The notes under the pieces are model-generated. The model saw nothing but the letters and a program-made list of their open reading frames with translations, made no database searches and was not told the DNA's origin. Shown here piece by piece: positions 1 through 10,283 of a stretch of DNA of 64,000 bases. Where the stretch lies: IMG/VR virus record IMGVR_UViG_3300022539_000516. One strand, given 5' to 3'. The translations under genes and the position numbers were made by a program. Origin of the DNA: a virus. Positions within the stretch are counted from its first letter, which is position 1, and each line of letters begins with the position of its first letter.

Positions 1-138
1 ATGGAAGCTTTGCCGTCTGAAGCTGGAGTCGTCACTGTTCATGCTGAAAGGATTTTGGAGATGTACGAAGCCATTCGTGATAGCATAAGAGGGAAGTATC
101 ATCGTTTCTAGTGCTAATACAAGCACAAAGTTTGGAAA

Positions 139-789
139 ATGAATAAAACTTCGATAGAGTGGACAGATTATACTTGGAATCCTGTAACTGGTTGCAAAGG
201 AGCAAACGGTGACGGACTTTGTAGCTATTGTTATATCAAAAGACTTCGTAATTATAATATTAATCCTGAATTTCATCCTGAAAGATTAGAACAACCTTTA
301 AAGGTAAAAAAATCACAAAAAATCTTTGTTTGTTCTACAGCAGACTTATTTGGAGATTGGATTCCTGAAGATTGGATTAAAAAAGTAATAGATATAACAA
401 AAGAAGCAAGTCAGCACACGTTTCAGTTTTTGACTAAAAATCCCAAAAGATTTAGAGGATTTGTATTTCCTTTAAATACATGGCTTGGAACAACAGTAGA
501 AAAAGATGAATATGCTTATAGAGTTCTTGATTTAAAACTTTTTGCCAAAAATAAATGGTTTGTATCGTTTGAACCGTTAATGGGTGATATGAAATGGGTA
601 AATATATCTAGAATTAACTGGATTATAATTGGAGCTATGACCGGTAAAGATGCTGAAAAGTTTGCACCAAAAGAAGAATGGATTGATAAAATCTTAGTGA
701 GGGCAAAAAATTTAAATATACCTGTCTTTATGAAAGATAATCTCAAACCTAATTGGAGTAAAAAGTTAATACAGGAGTTTCCAGAATAA
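139..789 (+). CDS. DUF5131 / phage Gp37-Gp68-like protein
   Basis: N-terminal TSIEWTDYTWNPVTGC..CSYCY, FVCSTADLF, FLTKNP, SFEPL and WIIIGAMTG motifs typical of DUF5131. Confidence 0.9.
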   Translation: MNKTSIEWTDYTWNPVTGCKGANGDGLCSYCYIKRLRNYNINPEFHPERLEQPLKVKKSQKIFVCSTADLFGDWIPEDWIKKVIDITKEASQHTFQFLTKNPKRFRGFVFPLNTWLGTTVEKDEYAYRVLDLKLFAKNKWFVSFEPLMGDMKWVNISRINWIIIGAMTGKDAEKFAPKEEWIDKILVRAKNLNIPVFMKDNLKPNWSKKLIQEFPE

Positions 790-1943
790 GATGTATACAA
801 TAAATCTTAGATATGGCTATGCTTGGGCTATACCGCACGACATACGCAGGTCAGAAGAAGAAATAGAACAGATACGGAGAAGCGTAGGTGATGTTTGTTC
901 TTCTTGTATAACTCAGACTGTATGGGAGAGAGTTCTACATCCGTTACCGATGGCACAACTTATGCGGTGGGACTATTGGAATGACTATGTTGGGAATCGT
1001 TGGACTGGTCGTTATGTTGATAAGTTGGGACAAATGTGGGAGTATAGAACATTCAATATCAATGGAGAAAAACGTAAGATTAAGTGTGTAATTAACCTGG
1101 TTACAAAAAGAGATAAACAATATGAGATTATGTCAACTAAAAAATAAAAATTCATTTTTTCTAATTGAAGCACAAACAGGATGTACTTGTTGTTCTTCCG
1201 AAGACCATTTTCGAGGTCCGTATAAAAGTAAATCTGATGCAAAACGACGAATTGAATACTATCGTTCAAAAGATAGTAGATTTTGGCCTTTGGCATCGCA
1301 GTATGCAAGACGTGGTAGCTATAGTGTAAAAGAGATTTCATTTGAATTTATTTCAAAAAGACGTATAATTCTTGATGATAGATTTGTTGAAGACTTAAAA
1401 GATGTTCCAGAATTTATTAGAGTAAACGAAGATGGAACCGTAAAAGGTAATAAAGAATATTTCAACTGTATAGAGTTTTGAGGTCAATAATGATTGATAC
1501 AAATGAAGAATTTACGAAAAAATGTACGGTAAAAACAAAATCTTTAACAATCTATGCAAAAATAAAGACCTACGGTATTTCTGTTAAAGAAGTTCTTGTA
1601 CCAATTGTCATTCGAACAAATTTTCTTCAAAGGAGAAAAAATGGGCATATATGACACATACGCTGGAGAGATTCAACTGAAAGTCAATCTTTTGGCTGAT
1701 GAAATGAGAGATTTTGAAATAGGAGACAAAGTTCCTCTTGCAAATGGCGTATATCTTGGCTATGAAGGAATAGTAATAGTCAGAAACGGAGTATTTACAG
1801 ATTATTTTCCAGAAGAGTATTTATTTGATAAATATGGAGATAGAGTAGATGTAAAAGAAATACTTGATGAAGTAAGTCCCGTAGTTCAAGCTGTAAAGGA
1901 AGCAATAGAAAAAGAACGCACTCTATAAAAGTGGGGGTATAAA

Positions 1944-2411
1944 ATGTTCAATATTTTAGGGTGGATATTTACGTTTGTTGTTGTAATATTAATATATATT
2001 TTTATTTCCAAAATTAAAATGTTTAATCGTACTGGTAGAACCATAACTTTTGAACCAGAGGGAAAACATGTCCCTGATGAAGTAAAAGAGTTTTTGAATA
2101 ATCTTTCAAATAAGTGGAATGACTCAACTGAATTTGAAAAAATGACCGAGACTAATAGAAGAAATGCTCATATTCCTTCTTTTGAAGAAGAATCTGATGA
2201 AATGACTGTTAAAGTAATACATATTTATGTTCCAAAAGAAGCTTATCGTGCATTAAAAGCTCTTCAAAAAAGAGCTGGAGTTTCTTCAGAACAAGAGCTT
2301 ATAGGCAAAGCCTTCGCCTTTCTTGGATTGGGATATACCGTACTGGATAGTGGTCGTAAAATTGTTGCACTTGATGTAGAAGGACATTCTTACGATGAAA
2401 TAGATTTTTGA
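1944..2411 (+). CDS. hypothetical protein, N-terminal TM segment and C-terminal ribbon-helix-helix-like region
   Basis: hydrophobic N-terminus; VIHIYVPKEAYRALKALQKRAGVSS resembles an RHH strand-helix-helix. Confidence 0.4.
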   Translation: MFNILGWIFTFVVVILIYIFISKIKMFNRTGRTITFEPEGKHVPDEVKEFLNNLSNKWNDSTEFEKMTETNRRNAHIPSFEEESDEMTVKVIHIYVPKEAYRALKALQKRAGVSSEQELIGKAFAFLGLGYTVLDSGRKIVALDVEGHSYDEIDF

Positions 2412-3025
2412 TATGGTAGGTGAAAAATGTCTTCAACATGGGAAGAAGATGCTAAATATCGCCAAACAAAACGGATAGAAAAAGTATCTGAACTTTTGAT
2501 TAAGTTTATCGAGGATTCACCTGCGAAATTTCAGGATGCATTTAAGCATTATACAGAGAACGAAAAACTTATCAGAAAATTATTAAATGAACAAAAAGAA
2601 AATAAGAAACCTTAGAAAAAAGTATAACACCGAAAACATAGTTATACATTTGAAACTCAAAGCCACAAAGGGAAACTGGATTATATCCGATGATGGTAAA
2701 CAAATATTTATTTTTGACAAAAAACTCGGAGAAGTATCTTTACCAACAAGATATATTACTTGTATAAGAAGAATTAAAAACCGAAATAGGAGGATAACAT
2801 GAGTGAGTTTAGTATGGACGAATTGACAGCCATTGCCAAGAAAGCTGATGAAGCGTGTATTGAAAATGATAAGAAAGATGATATTTATTTCGCTTGGGCT
2901 TATGCAAGGTTAGCTGGTGCCGCTGATTCTTTGCATGCAATGATATGGCGCAGGAATAGCAGTATTGATTCTAAAGATAAAAAGTGTAATACATAAGAAT
3001 AGAATTTGGAGGATAAGAAAAAATA

Positions 3026-3484
3026 ATGTGTGAATTTCCATCCTGGATACGAAAATCAGGAAATAAAATCTTTTTCTTGATAGACAAGGATGCTGAAAAG
3101 TTAGACGTACCATACCAGGATGCTTCTAGTCATACAGCACTGGTTAAATTATTTGGTGAAGGTGAACATAAAGAAGGATATCCTGTTCCAAAAGAAATGG
3201 TAAGTGCAATTCAGTCCGGGAAGATGAAAAAAATTCTAGCAATTCATGGCTATAATAAAATGGTGTTTGACGAAAGTGGCTATTTACATGCAAAACATGA
3301 ATCTGCGTTAATCAAAGGTACAATAGGTTTCTGGTATAGACATGGGGTACTGCATCGCAAAAATGCCCCAGCTGTAGTATGGCCAAATGGCGAAAAATGG
3401 TTTTATGAGCATGGAAAACTATTGAAGAAGGAATCTATTGAAGAAGGAACCTTTTATAGCGGTAATGAAAAGGAGAATAAATGA
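3026..3484 (+). CDS. hypothetical protein with one LHRxDGPA-like repeat unit
   Basis: WYRHGVLHRKNAPAVVWPNGEKWFYEHGK. Confidence 0.55.
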   Translation: MCEFPSWIRKSGNKIFFLIDKDAEKLDVPYQDASSHTALVKLFGEGEHKEGYPVPKEMVSAIQSGKMKKILAIHGYNKMVFDESGYLHAKHESALIKGTIGFWYRHGVLHRKNAPAVVWPNGEKWFYEHGKLLKKESIEEGTFYSGNEKENK

Positions 3485-4081
3485 CTAGAGAAGAATTAGA
3501 TAAATTTGAGAATAAAGTTAGAGAACTATTGATTGAAACTGGAGTTGATTCAAATGACCCGATGCTTAAAAATGTAATAGATGTTTTTATTGTAGATGTA
3601 GAACAAAATTGGGTTGAATAGGAGAAGAAAGTGAAAATCATTCTTAATGCCGAATTTGACGATGTACCACATGGAGCATCGGACCTTTGTGGATTATTGG
3701 GAGCTTTAATTAGTAGAACCTGTTTGTACTACGGAGCATCTGCTCCAAAAGAGTTAACTTTTTCAGTCTATTGTGCGGGGGAAATCTATTCTATCACGAA
3801 ATCTCCAGGTTATATTGAAGCTGATGAGCATCCTCAAGATAAACGAATTCGTGAAATGGCAGAGGCTATTGAGGAAGAGAAGGGAAAAAAAGAGAAGTGA
3901 AAGATAATTGGACTAGGCAAAAAATATACGGTGTTTTTCTAGTCGCCAGAGAGACTGGTAAACAAATTGTAATTAAGCTATCACCACATGCAACATATCA
4001 TTTTACAGGAGGATTAGTTGAAAATATCCAACTTCGAGTTGAAGATATTGAAGTAATTGATATCGAGGAGGGCGATAAGAA

Positions 4082-4480
4082 ATGAAATGTTATAAAGTAG
4101 TATATATAGACAATGGTAAATTCTACAGTCTTTTTACTCCCATGAAAGGATTTGGTTTAGAATACCAATTAGGTAAAACCGTAAAAGCTAAAGTTGGAAA
4201 GTTATTCGTTTTTAAGACTCAAAAACAAGCCGAAGAATGGTGCGGATATTATGGAGCTATACTTGAATGTAAAACTAGAAGCATTGAACGTATTAATGAA
4301 ATAGCTTGGCCTCCAATCAGAGGTATGAGTTCAAATAATATTATAAAGTGGATGAAAGATGTTAAGTCTTTCTGGCAAGGACAATATAAAGGCACAATAT
4401 ATTTTCCACAGGGAACTTATGTAACCAAACAACTTACTCCGGTTAAAGTTGTATATCCAAAAAAGAGGAAAAATGAGTAG
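4082..4480 (+). CDS. YKVV paralog family member 1
   Basis: CYKVV, YQLGK, GKLFVF, ILEC, FW, PQGT, LTP motifs shared with 9 other ORFs. Confidence 0.85.
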   Translation: MKCYKVVYIDNGKFYSLFTPMKGFGLEYQLGKTVKAKVGKLFVFKTQKQAEEWCGYYGAILECKTRSIERINEIAWPPIRGMSSNNIIKWMKDVKSFWQGQYKGTIYFPQGTYVTKQLTPVKVVYPKKRKNE

Positions 4481-5461
4481 AAAGAAACGTCAAAAGGGAT
4501 GGTTAAAAGATGTGGTGTTACAAGCAAAGGAAGATGTAGAAAGTTGGCCAGTTTGGATGCAGGGTAAAGCTTGGAAGCAGGATAAAAAGAAAAAACCATT
4601 GAAAGAATATGTAAAATTACTTTATGCCCGTATATATTTAATGAGAAGAATTTCCAATTTGAAAGATGAAAGTCGCGGATGGGTATGGAAAAGAAAAGAA
4701 AAAATCGAAAGTTTAGAATATGCATTAAGTATACTCGATGCGGAATCTGAGCGAAGAGGAAAAGCTGAGAATGGCGGAGAATAATTTTGAATTGTCCATG
4801 CTGTGGAAAATTTATGTTACGAGAGGTAGATTTTGACGGACTTTGTATAATATGGAGATGCCCGGTTTATTTCGACGAATATCTGGACTATGAAGGTATG
4901 GATAAGGTTTGGGATGAAATAGATAAACAAAGAGGTCCGGAATGGCAAAAGATGGTAAATGAATTAGAACAATATCGTCAAAATCAAAACTGTAAAGGAT
5001 AAACAGTGAGCGAAGTTAACGGAGATTCTTTTATAATTTCTACAGAAAAACCGCAACAATGTGATTTTTGTAATAAAATAGCTGAATTACGACCCTATGG
5101 TCCAAATGAAGAATGTATTTGTCTTGAATGTATGAGGAAAAATCCTGCAATGGCAATTATACAGTTCTACAAACGAGTTGGAGATAAAACTGTATATAAA
5201 GATGGTAAGATTGTCGAAAAAATTCGTGACGAAGAAGGTTAATCATGGCACTAAATTTTATCATTATACTCCTTGGACATTTAATGTGGTGTTGTAAACT
5301 TATGGATAGACTTTTAAAAAAATTAGTAGGCCATAGTGGTACATGGCAAGGCGATATTGGAATGAAAATTGCTAAATTACTAAGACAATATATGTTTTGT
5401 GTAAAATATCTTGTATATAAAATTTCCTTCAAGATAACTGGAGAAAGAATGGAGGAGAAAA

Positions 5462-5614
5462 ATGAAAAAGTATTATTGTAAGAAGATTATTACTGACCTT
5501 GTTCTATGTTCCAGCACAACAGTCGCCACCAAACTGTTAAACCGTAAATATACTGGTATTGAAATCAACCTTGTTCATTGCAAGATAGCCGAGGAACGAT
5601 TGACACAGAAATGA
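5462..5614 (+). pseudogene. degenerate C-terminal remnant of an N4/N6 DNA methyltransferase
   Basis: translates to ...DLVLCSSTTVATKLLNRKYTGIEINLVHCKIAEERLTQK, matching the C-termini of the MTases at 21.6-25.2 kb with motif I (DPFxGSGTT) decayed; not in ORF track. Confidence 0.7.
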
Positions 5615-5999
5615 CAGAAAATGAACATAAAATACTGACGGTATTAAATGTTACTGGGGATATATCAATGGATAACCTTTTAACAGTAATAGGCAAAGAA
5701 GGATTAGATGAAGCTGAGGTACGCAAAATAGTAATGGGTTTGATAGATGAAGGTAAAATTATAACTACATGGAAAAGAGAATTAAGGGCAATAAGGAGAA
5801 TATAAAATGTTTGATACAGGGTCAGATGAAAAGCTGAACAGAATTATAGAGCTTCTGGAAACAAAGGTACATGACTGCAAATATAGAAAGATGTTGGATA
5901 GGTTGAAGACCGAAATGGGTACTTTCGGTACATCTACATTATTTTTTGAGGTTTTAGGCAAGATAGAAGCCGAGATGGAAAAAGAATAAAGGAGACAAA

Positions 6000-6401
6000 A
6001 TGTACGTTAATGCAATACAATGCGAAGAATGTGGTTGTACTGTATATTCCCGTGCAAGACACGACTTTAGAAGCTGTGAATGCGGAAAAGTCAGCATTGA
6101 TGGTGGATTTGATTATACAAAGATTAATTTTAAAACAAAGACAGCACCGGAACCATTTCCTCTTAGAATTGATGCCACTATATGTAAACTTCATACAGAT
6201 TGGGAAACGGAAACAAATAAATATGGATTGATTAAAGGTAAAGTTGAAAAAGAAAATGTTGTTGCTATACTTATACCGGTTCAACAAGTATATATTTATC
6301 CAGGGAAAGATAGCGGGCAAAGACCAATAATGGTATCATTCAACCATGCTCGTAAGATACTTAAAGAACTGAAGGAGTATTTTGAAAAAGATAATACTTA
6401 A
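6000..6401 (+). CDS. conserved phage zinc-finger protein
   Basis: CEECGCTVYSRARHDFRSCECGKVSIDGG. Confidence 0.6.
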   Translation: MYVNAIQCEECGCTVYSRARHDFRSCECGKVSIDGGFDYTKINFKTKTAPEPFPLRIDATICKLHTDWETETNKYGLIKGKVEKENVVAILIPVQQVYIYPGKDSGQRPIMVSFNHARKILKELKEYFEKDNT

Positions 6402-6734
6402 AATAACTGATGAATTGTTTGAGCAAATAAAAAGTGACCTGATAATACGAAAAGGAGTAGATGGTGGTATTTATACCAAGTTAGATGCAATGTTGTGGCT
6501 TATTGCCGGTTCAATAGAAAAAGGCAAAAAAGAAGTAGAGATAGGTTTTAAAAAGACAAAAAAGAAATAAAGGAGATATAACATGGTTGAAACAGAAAGA
6601 CTTATTCGTATCTCTGAAGCAGTTCACGCATTAGCAAATAAAGAAAAGGAAATAGGTGATATTCTTATTCAGACAGCTTCTTTTCTTTTAGACGAAGCAA
6701 AGTGTGATTGCGAGCAATGCAAAGAAAGAAGAAC

Positions 6735-7340
6735 ATGAGAATCAAAATATTTTTTGATACAGAATTTACTGGTATAAGTCAGGATGCTTCACTTATAAGT
6801 TTGGGTATGGTAAGTGAAAATGATGAAGAATTTTATGCAGAGTTTAATGATGTTAATTGGAACGGCCACAACGTCTGTACTCCGTGGGTTAAAGAAAATG
6901 TTCTTCCTAAATTGGAATCATTGAAACTCATTAGTGACAGATACGCAAATGGTAAGTTAAAACATTATTGGACTTCTGTACCAGTAATTAATAAAATGGA
7001 TTATATGACTAACAATTTCAGAATTTTTGCGGATACTTCCAAAATCAAGCATTACTTAAAAAGATGGTTGTCTACATTTGGCGCAGTAGAAATATGGGGC
7101 GATACAATGATGTACGATTGGGTATTATTCTGTGAAATATTTAAAGGAGAACAAAACATACCTAGTAATATCTTATATATCCCGTTTGACATAGCAACTC
7201 TGTTTAGAATAAGAGGAATAGACCCGGATATAAGTAGAAAAGAATTTGCTGGTGTAGATGGAAATGAACATAATGCTTTATGGGATGCAAAAATAATAAA
7301 AACATGTCATGGGAAATTGATGGATTTGGAGGGCCGGTGA
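6735..7340 (+). CDS. 3'-5' exoribonuclease (DEDDh, Rv2179c-like)
   Basis: IFFDTEFTG, YDWVLF, HNALWDA motifs; likely ATG at 6735. Confidence 0.85.
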   Translation: MRIKIFFDTEFTGISQDASLISLGMVSENDEEFYAEFNDVNWNGHNVCTPWVKENVLPKLESLKLISDRYANGKLKHYWTSVPVINKMDYMTNNFRIFADTSKIKHYLKRWLSTFGAVEIWGDTMMYDWVLFCEIFKGEQNIPSNILYIPFDIATLFRIRGIDPDISRKEFAGVDGNEHNALWDAKIIKTCHGKLMDLEGR

Positions 7341-7446
7341 AGAACATCGTAACGGCGGTAGGCGACCCGCTTGGTTGTTGGCGCTGAAAACACTTGATGT
7401 TGTAGGCGAACCGAGGCTTAAATGCAAACAAAGCTCAGCCGGCCCT
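7330..7446 (+). ncRNA. intergenic structured element A (GGCCGG-closed)
   Basis: AGGGCCGG 7330-7337 pairs with CCGGCCCT 7439-7446; internal AACATCG/TGATGTT and GGCGG/CCGCT stems. Confidence 0.55.
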
Positions 7447-7473
7447 TTGAACTACTATGAAAAGGAAATCATC

Positions 7474-7833
7474 GTGAAAGAGAAAGAAATAAAAATTACA
7501 AAAACTGTATGGGAATGTGAAACATGCAAAACTTACCACGAAGAAGATGGTGGTGGAAAATGGTTTGTATTTCACTGTCCTGAACATGGAGAATTTTGTA
7601 ATGATGGGGGAGGTCGTTGTGGTCTATACAGGCTTGTAGAAAAGGTTACCAATCATAGAATTTGTTGTCCAATTTGCGGTTGGAGTGTTTTTAAAAACTA
7701 CGCCGAAGAATATGATTCAAGAGAAGGTGCTAAGCCTGAAACAGCGAGGAAAAAGGAAAGTTTTTATAAAGAACAACAGTCCATACTAAAATACCCGCAA
7801 GCATATAGTGGTTGTACATCTTTTAAGAGATGA
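7474..7833 (+). CDS. Cys-rich hypothetical protein
   Basis: GTG 7474 after GAAAAGGAA; CETC, HCPEH, CCPIC; the 7375 start in the track runs through element A and is probably wrong. Confidence 0.6.
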   Translation: MKEKEIKITKTVWECETCKTYHEEDGGGKWFVFHCPEHGEFCNDGGGRCGLYRLVEKVTNHRICCPICGWSVFKNYAEEYDSREGAKPETARKKESFYKEQQSILKYPQAYSGCTSFKR

Positions 7834-7851
7834 TTGCATCTGGAATAAGGA

Positions 7852-8280
7852 TTGAAAATGGAAAAAAAGTTTAAGGTATGGAATACTGAGAGCAAGAAAA
7901 TGTGTGGTACATACACATTGACAGAATTACTATTACTTAATGCCAATGAAGCCTATGTTGCCGGTATTGTTGAAGCTTTACAACCTGTAAAGTGTAGAAA
8001 ATTAGAACCAAAAATAGAAGATTGGAATCATCTGATATTTCTAGAGTCTACTGGTCTTCCAGATAAAGATGGAACAGAAATATTTAAAGATGATATTTTT
8101 GAAACATCTACAAATAGAAGAGGTAAAGTTGTCTTTAAAAACGGAGGATTTGTTCTAGAATTTTATAAACCTTTAGAACAATGTCATCTAGTATACTTTA
8201 TTAAAAATGGTAAAGTTCTTGGTAATATTTATGAGAATCCTGAACAAGTAATGGAACTTCCCAACAGGAATATGGAATAA
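7852..8280 (+). CDS. YopX family protein
   Basis: KFKVWN, STGLPDKDGTEIFKDDI, VLGNIYENPE. Confidence 0.85.
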   Translation: MKMEKKFKVWNTESKKMCGTYTLTELLLLNANEAYVAGIVEALQPVKCRKLEPKIEDWNHLIFLESTGLPDKDGTEIFKDDIFETSTNRRGKVVFKNGGFVLEFYKPLEQCHLVYFIKNGKVLGNIYENPEQVMELPNRNME

Positions 8281-8281
8281 A

Positions 8282-8680
8282 ATGAACGCACCTAGAATTT
8301 GGGATAAAAAGAAGAAGATTATGTATCATCCAGACCAAGTGTGTCGTTTACACTTTACCAAAAGTAAACTATATGGGGTGGTTCTATGGGATGGTAGTAC
8401 ATTATTTAATAAAGATTTTATAGCTTTAAAACCTACCGGTCTTCCAGATAAAAACGGGACAAAAATATTCGAAGGAGATATTTGTAAAGATTATATGGGG
8501 TATTTACATAAAGTGATTTGGGATAAGAAATACCTTTCTTTTATGTTCGAAAGAGCTGATGGAACACTATTATCTGGCGTGGGACAGAATGCAGAGGGTT
8601 TTCAAGCAGAAGTCATTGGTAATATTTACGAAAACCCTGAATTTGAATTTAAACCCTTAAAACAAAAAAGGAGGAAATGA
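8282..8680 (+). CDS. YopX family protein
   Basis: TGLPDKNGTKIFEGDI, EVIGNIYENPE. Confidence 0.85.
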   Translation: MNAPRIWDKKKKIMYHPDQVCRLHFTKSKLYGVVLWDGSTLFNKDFIALKPTGLPDKNGTKIFEGDICKDYMGYLHKVIWDKKYLSFMFERADGTLLSGVGQNAEGFQAEVIGNIYENPEFEFKPLKQKRRK

Positions 8681-9216
8681 TGGAAATAACCATCACTGAA
8701 GCACTTGCTGAATTGAAAACAATCAGTAAAAGAGTAGAAAAGAAGGAACAATTTGTTTCTCGTTATCTATTGAGACAGGAAGCACTGAAAGACCCATTAG
8801 AAAAAGATGGTGGTTCATTTAATGCAATTCAGGAAGAACAACAGGCTATCCATGATTTGCAGGAGAGAAAGATTACAATCCGGAGAGCGATTCAGGAAGC
8901 TAACATGGAAGAATATATTGTACTTGGCAAAACAAAAAGAACTATTGCCGACTGGCTCGTATGGAGACGAGATGTTGCGCCATATACTAAAAACTTCTTT
9001 GATGTTCTGTCTTCTCAGATTGAAAGAACAAGAACTGAAGCAACAAGAAAAGGTTTAACAGTAGTAAGTGGGGAAGCAAGTAAACCAACTGATATTGTGG
9101 TTAATTTAAACGAAAAAATATTGTCAGAAAAAATAGAAGCATTAGAAGAAGTTCTTGGTACATTAGATGGACAGTTATCGCTGAAAAACGCAACGATTTT
9201 AATTGATGTTAAATGA
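8677..9216 (+). CDS. coiled-coil protein, DIP1984/DUF6847-like
   Basis: MEITITEALAELKTISKRVEKK N-terminus and LSLKNATILIDV C-terminus resemble this family (recalled, not searched). Confidence 0.5.
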   Translation: MMEITITEALAELKTISKRVEKKEQFVSRYLLRQEALKDPLEKDGGSFNAIQEEQQAIHDLQERKITIRRAIQEANMEEYIVLGKTKRTIADWLVWRRDVAPYTKNFFDVLSSQIERTRTEATRKGLTVVSGEASKPTDIVVNLNEKILSEKIEALEEVLGTLDGQLSLKNATILIDVK

Positions 9217-9240
9217 ATAAAATGTTCATTGAGAATTAAA

Positions 9241-9586
9241 TAGCCTTCGGCAACGAAGTGAGAGAAGAGTTTGGGATAAATTGTGGACTTGAAATCCACC
9301 AGCGAGCCATGTAAAAATGGCATGAACTAACTCTTAGAAAGCTCAGAGCTTAATTCTCAAAGATACTTCGTTCAAGTCTGAAAGCGCAAAAGGTAAAAGC
9401 TGGTCGAAATCCGTTGTAAACCTAGTCGTTGCAGAAATGTAACGAACATCCACCCCCAAATAGGATGTTCTCAGGGTAACGGCTGTTGTTTGGAGGCTTT
9501 TAGAAATAAAATAGGTCGGTTGCGCATCTTTATTGCGTCACTTCTCGTGAAGAAACCCGATGTACCTGCCGATTGCCAACCGGCCT
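9241..9586 (+). ncRNA. candidate ~345-nt structured RNA directly downstream of the coiled-coil gene
   Basis: no + strand ORF; stems AAGAGTT/AACTCTT, GTGGA/TCCAC, GCCAT/ATGGC, CGTTGCA-GAAA-TGTAACG, GAACATCC/GGATGTTC, AGGTCGGTTG/CAACCGGCCT. Confidence 0.65.
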
Positions 9587-9611
9587 GTTAAACTAATAGA
9601 AAGGAAGAACT

Positions 9612-9860
9612 GTGTCGAAAACACCATATATCGGTTTTGGTAATGATACTTTAGACCAACAACCGAGTGTAAAAAGGGGCGATTTAATTATATGTCCTAT
9701 ATGTGAAAATCGGCATAAGTTGGAAGGTACAGAATCAGAAGATGGAGTAAAAGACCTTATTTTGTTTTATAAATGTGGTGAAAAATTACGTCTTGGCGCA
9801 GTTGATGGAAAACTCGTCGCAAATCTTAAAGTTGATTGTTCTGGTGAAATTGAATTATAA
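9612..9860 (+). CDS. small zinc-ribbon hypothetical protein
   Basis: CPICENRH...FYKCG; GAAAGGAA RBS, GTG start. Confidence 0.6.
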   Translation: MSKTPYIGFGNDTLDQQPSVKRGDLIICPICENRHKLEGTESEDGVKDLILFYKCGEKLRLGAVDGKLVANLKVDCSGEIEL

Positions 9861-9861
9861 T

Positions 9862-10008
9862 GGGCCGGTTGTGGCGTGGTAGCCTAACAATGGTCTTAAC
9901 GGGAGACGCGACCTCCCACGCCGTAACTCGTAGGTATGGTTTCTTGTTGCGAGTGACAAAACAAAGAAAGCCCCACTTGTTGCAGACCAACTGCCAACCG
10001 GCCCTCCA
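9862..10008 (+). ncRNA. intergenic structured element C (GGCCGG-closed)
   Basis: GGGCCGGTTG 9862-9871 pairs with CAACCGGCCC 9995-10004; internal GGCGTG/CACGCC, GGGAG/CTCCC, ACTCGTA/TGCGAGT. Confidence 0.6.
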
Positions 10009-10028
10009 AACTGAGAGAAAGGAATTAA

Positions 10029-10283
10029 ATGAAACTAGCTAAGGATTCTTGGTATGAATTTAACAAATTCCTGCATGCAGGTAGGGGAATGTTGATTTAC
10101 TCGTTGATTCATATTTGTTTCCCCACTGTGTGGAATTGGGTGCCATTTGCTATCGCAGTCGTATTTGCAATTGTCTATGAATTCTATGATGCTCACAGGG
10201 GAGTCAGTTTCAGCTGGAAGGATGTTGTATGTGATATATTAGGTGCAGCGTTTGTCTTGGGACTATGGATGTGGAGAATGTAA
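10029..10283 (+). CDS. small membrane protein, VanZ/YfiM-like
   Basis: KFLHA, hydrophobic helices, YEFYD, FSWKDVVCDILG. Confidence 0.55.
   Translation: MKLAKDSWYEFNKFLHAGRGMLIYSLIHICFPTVWNWVPFAIAVVFAIVYEFYDAHRGVSFSWKDVVCDILGAAFVLGLWMWRM

Noticed and set aside
9265-9335. tRNA-Ser(TGA)-like anticodon hairpin GTGGA-CTTGAAA-TCCAC within a 7-bp closing stem
   Set aside because: No D-arm or TTCRA T-loop and wrong spacing; kept only as a subdomain of the candidate ncRNA.
7330-10008. GGCCGG elements as HDV-like/theta ribozymes or integron attC sites
   Set aside because: The GGCCGG partner lies at the very 3' end, leaving no P2/P4 nested pseudoknot; the GTT/AAC order is opposite to attC and no integrase is present.
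9860-10042. 60-aa ORF over element C, and the extended start 7375 over element A
   Set aside because: No RBS, and extensive base-pairing explains the sequence better.
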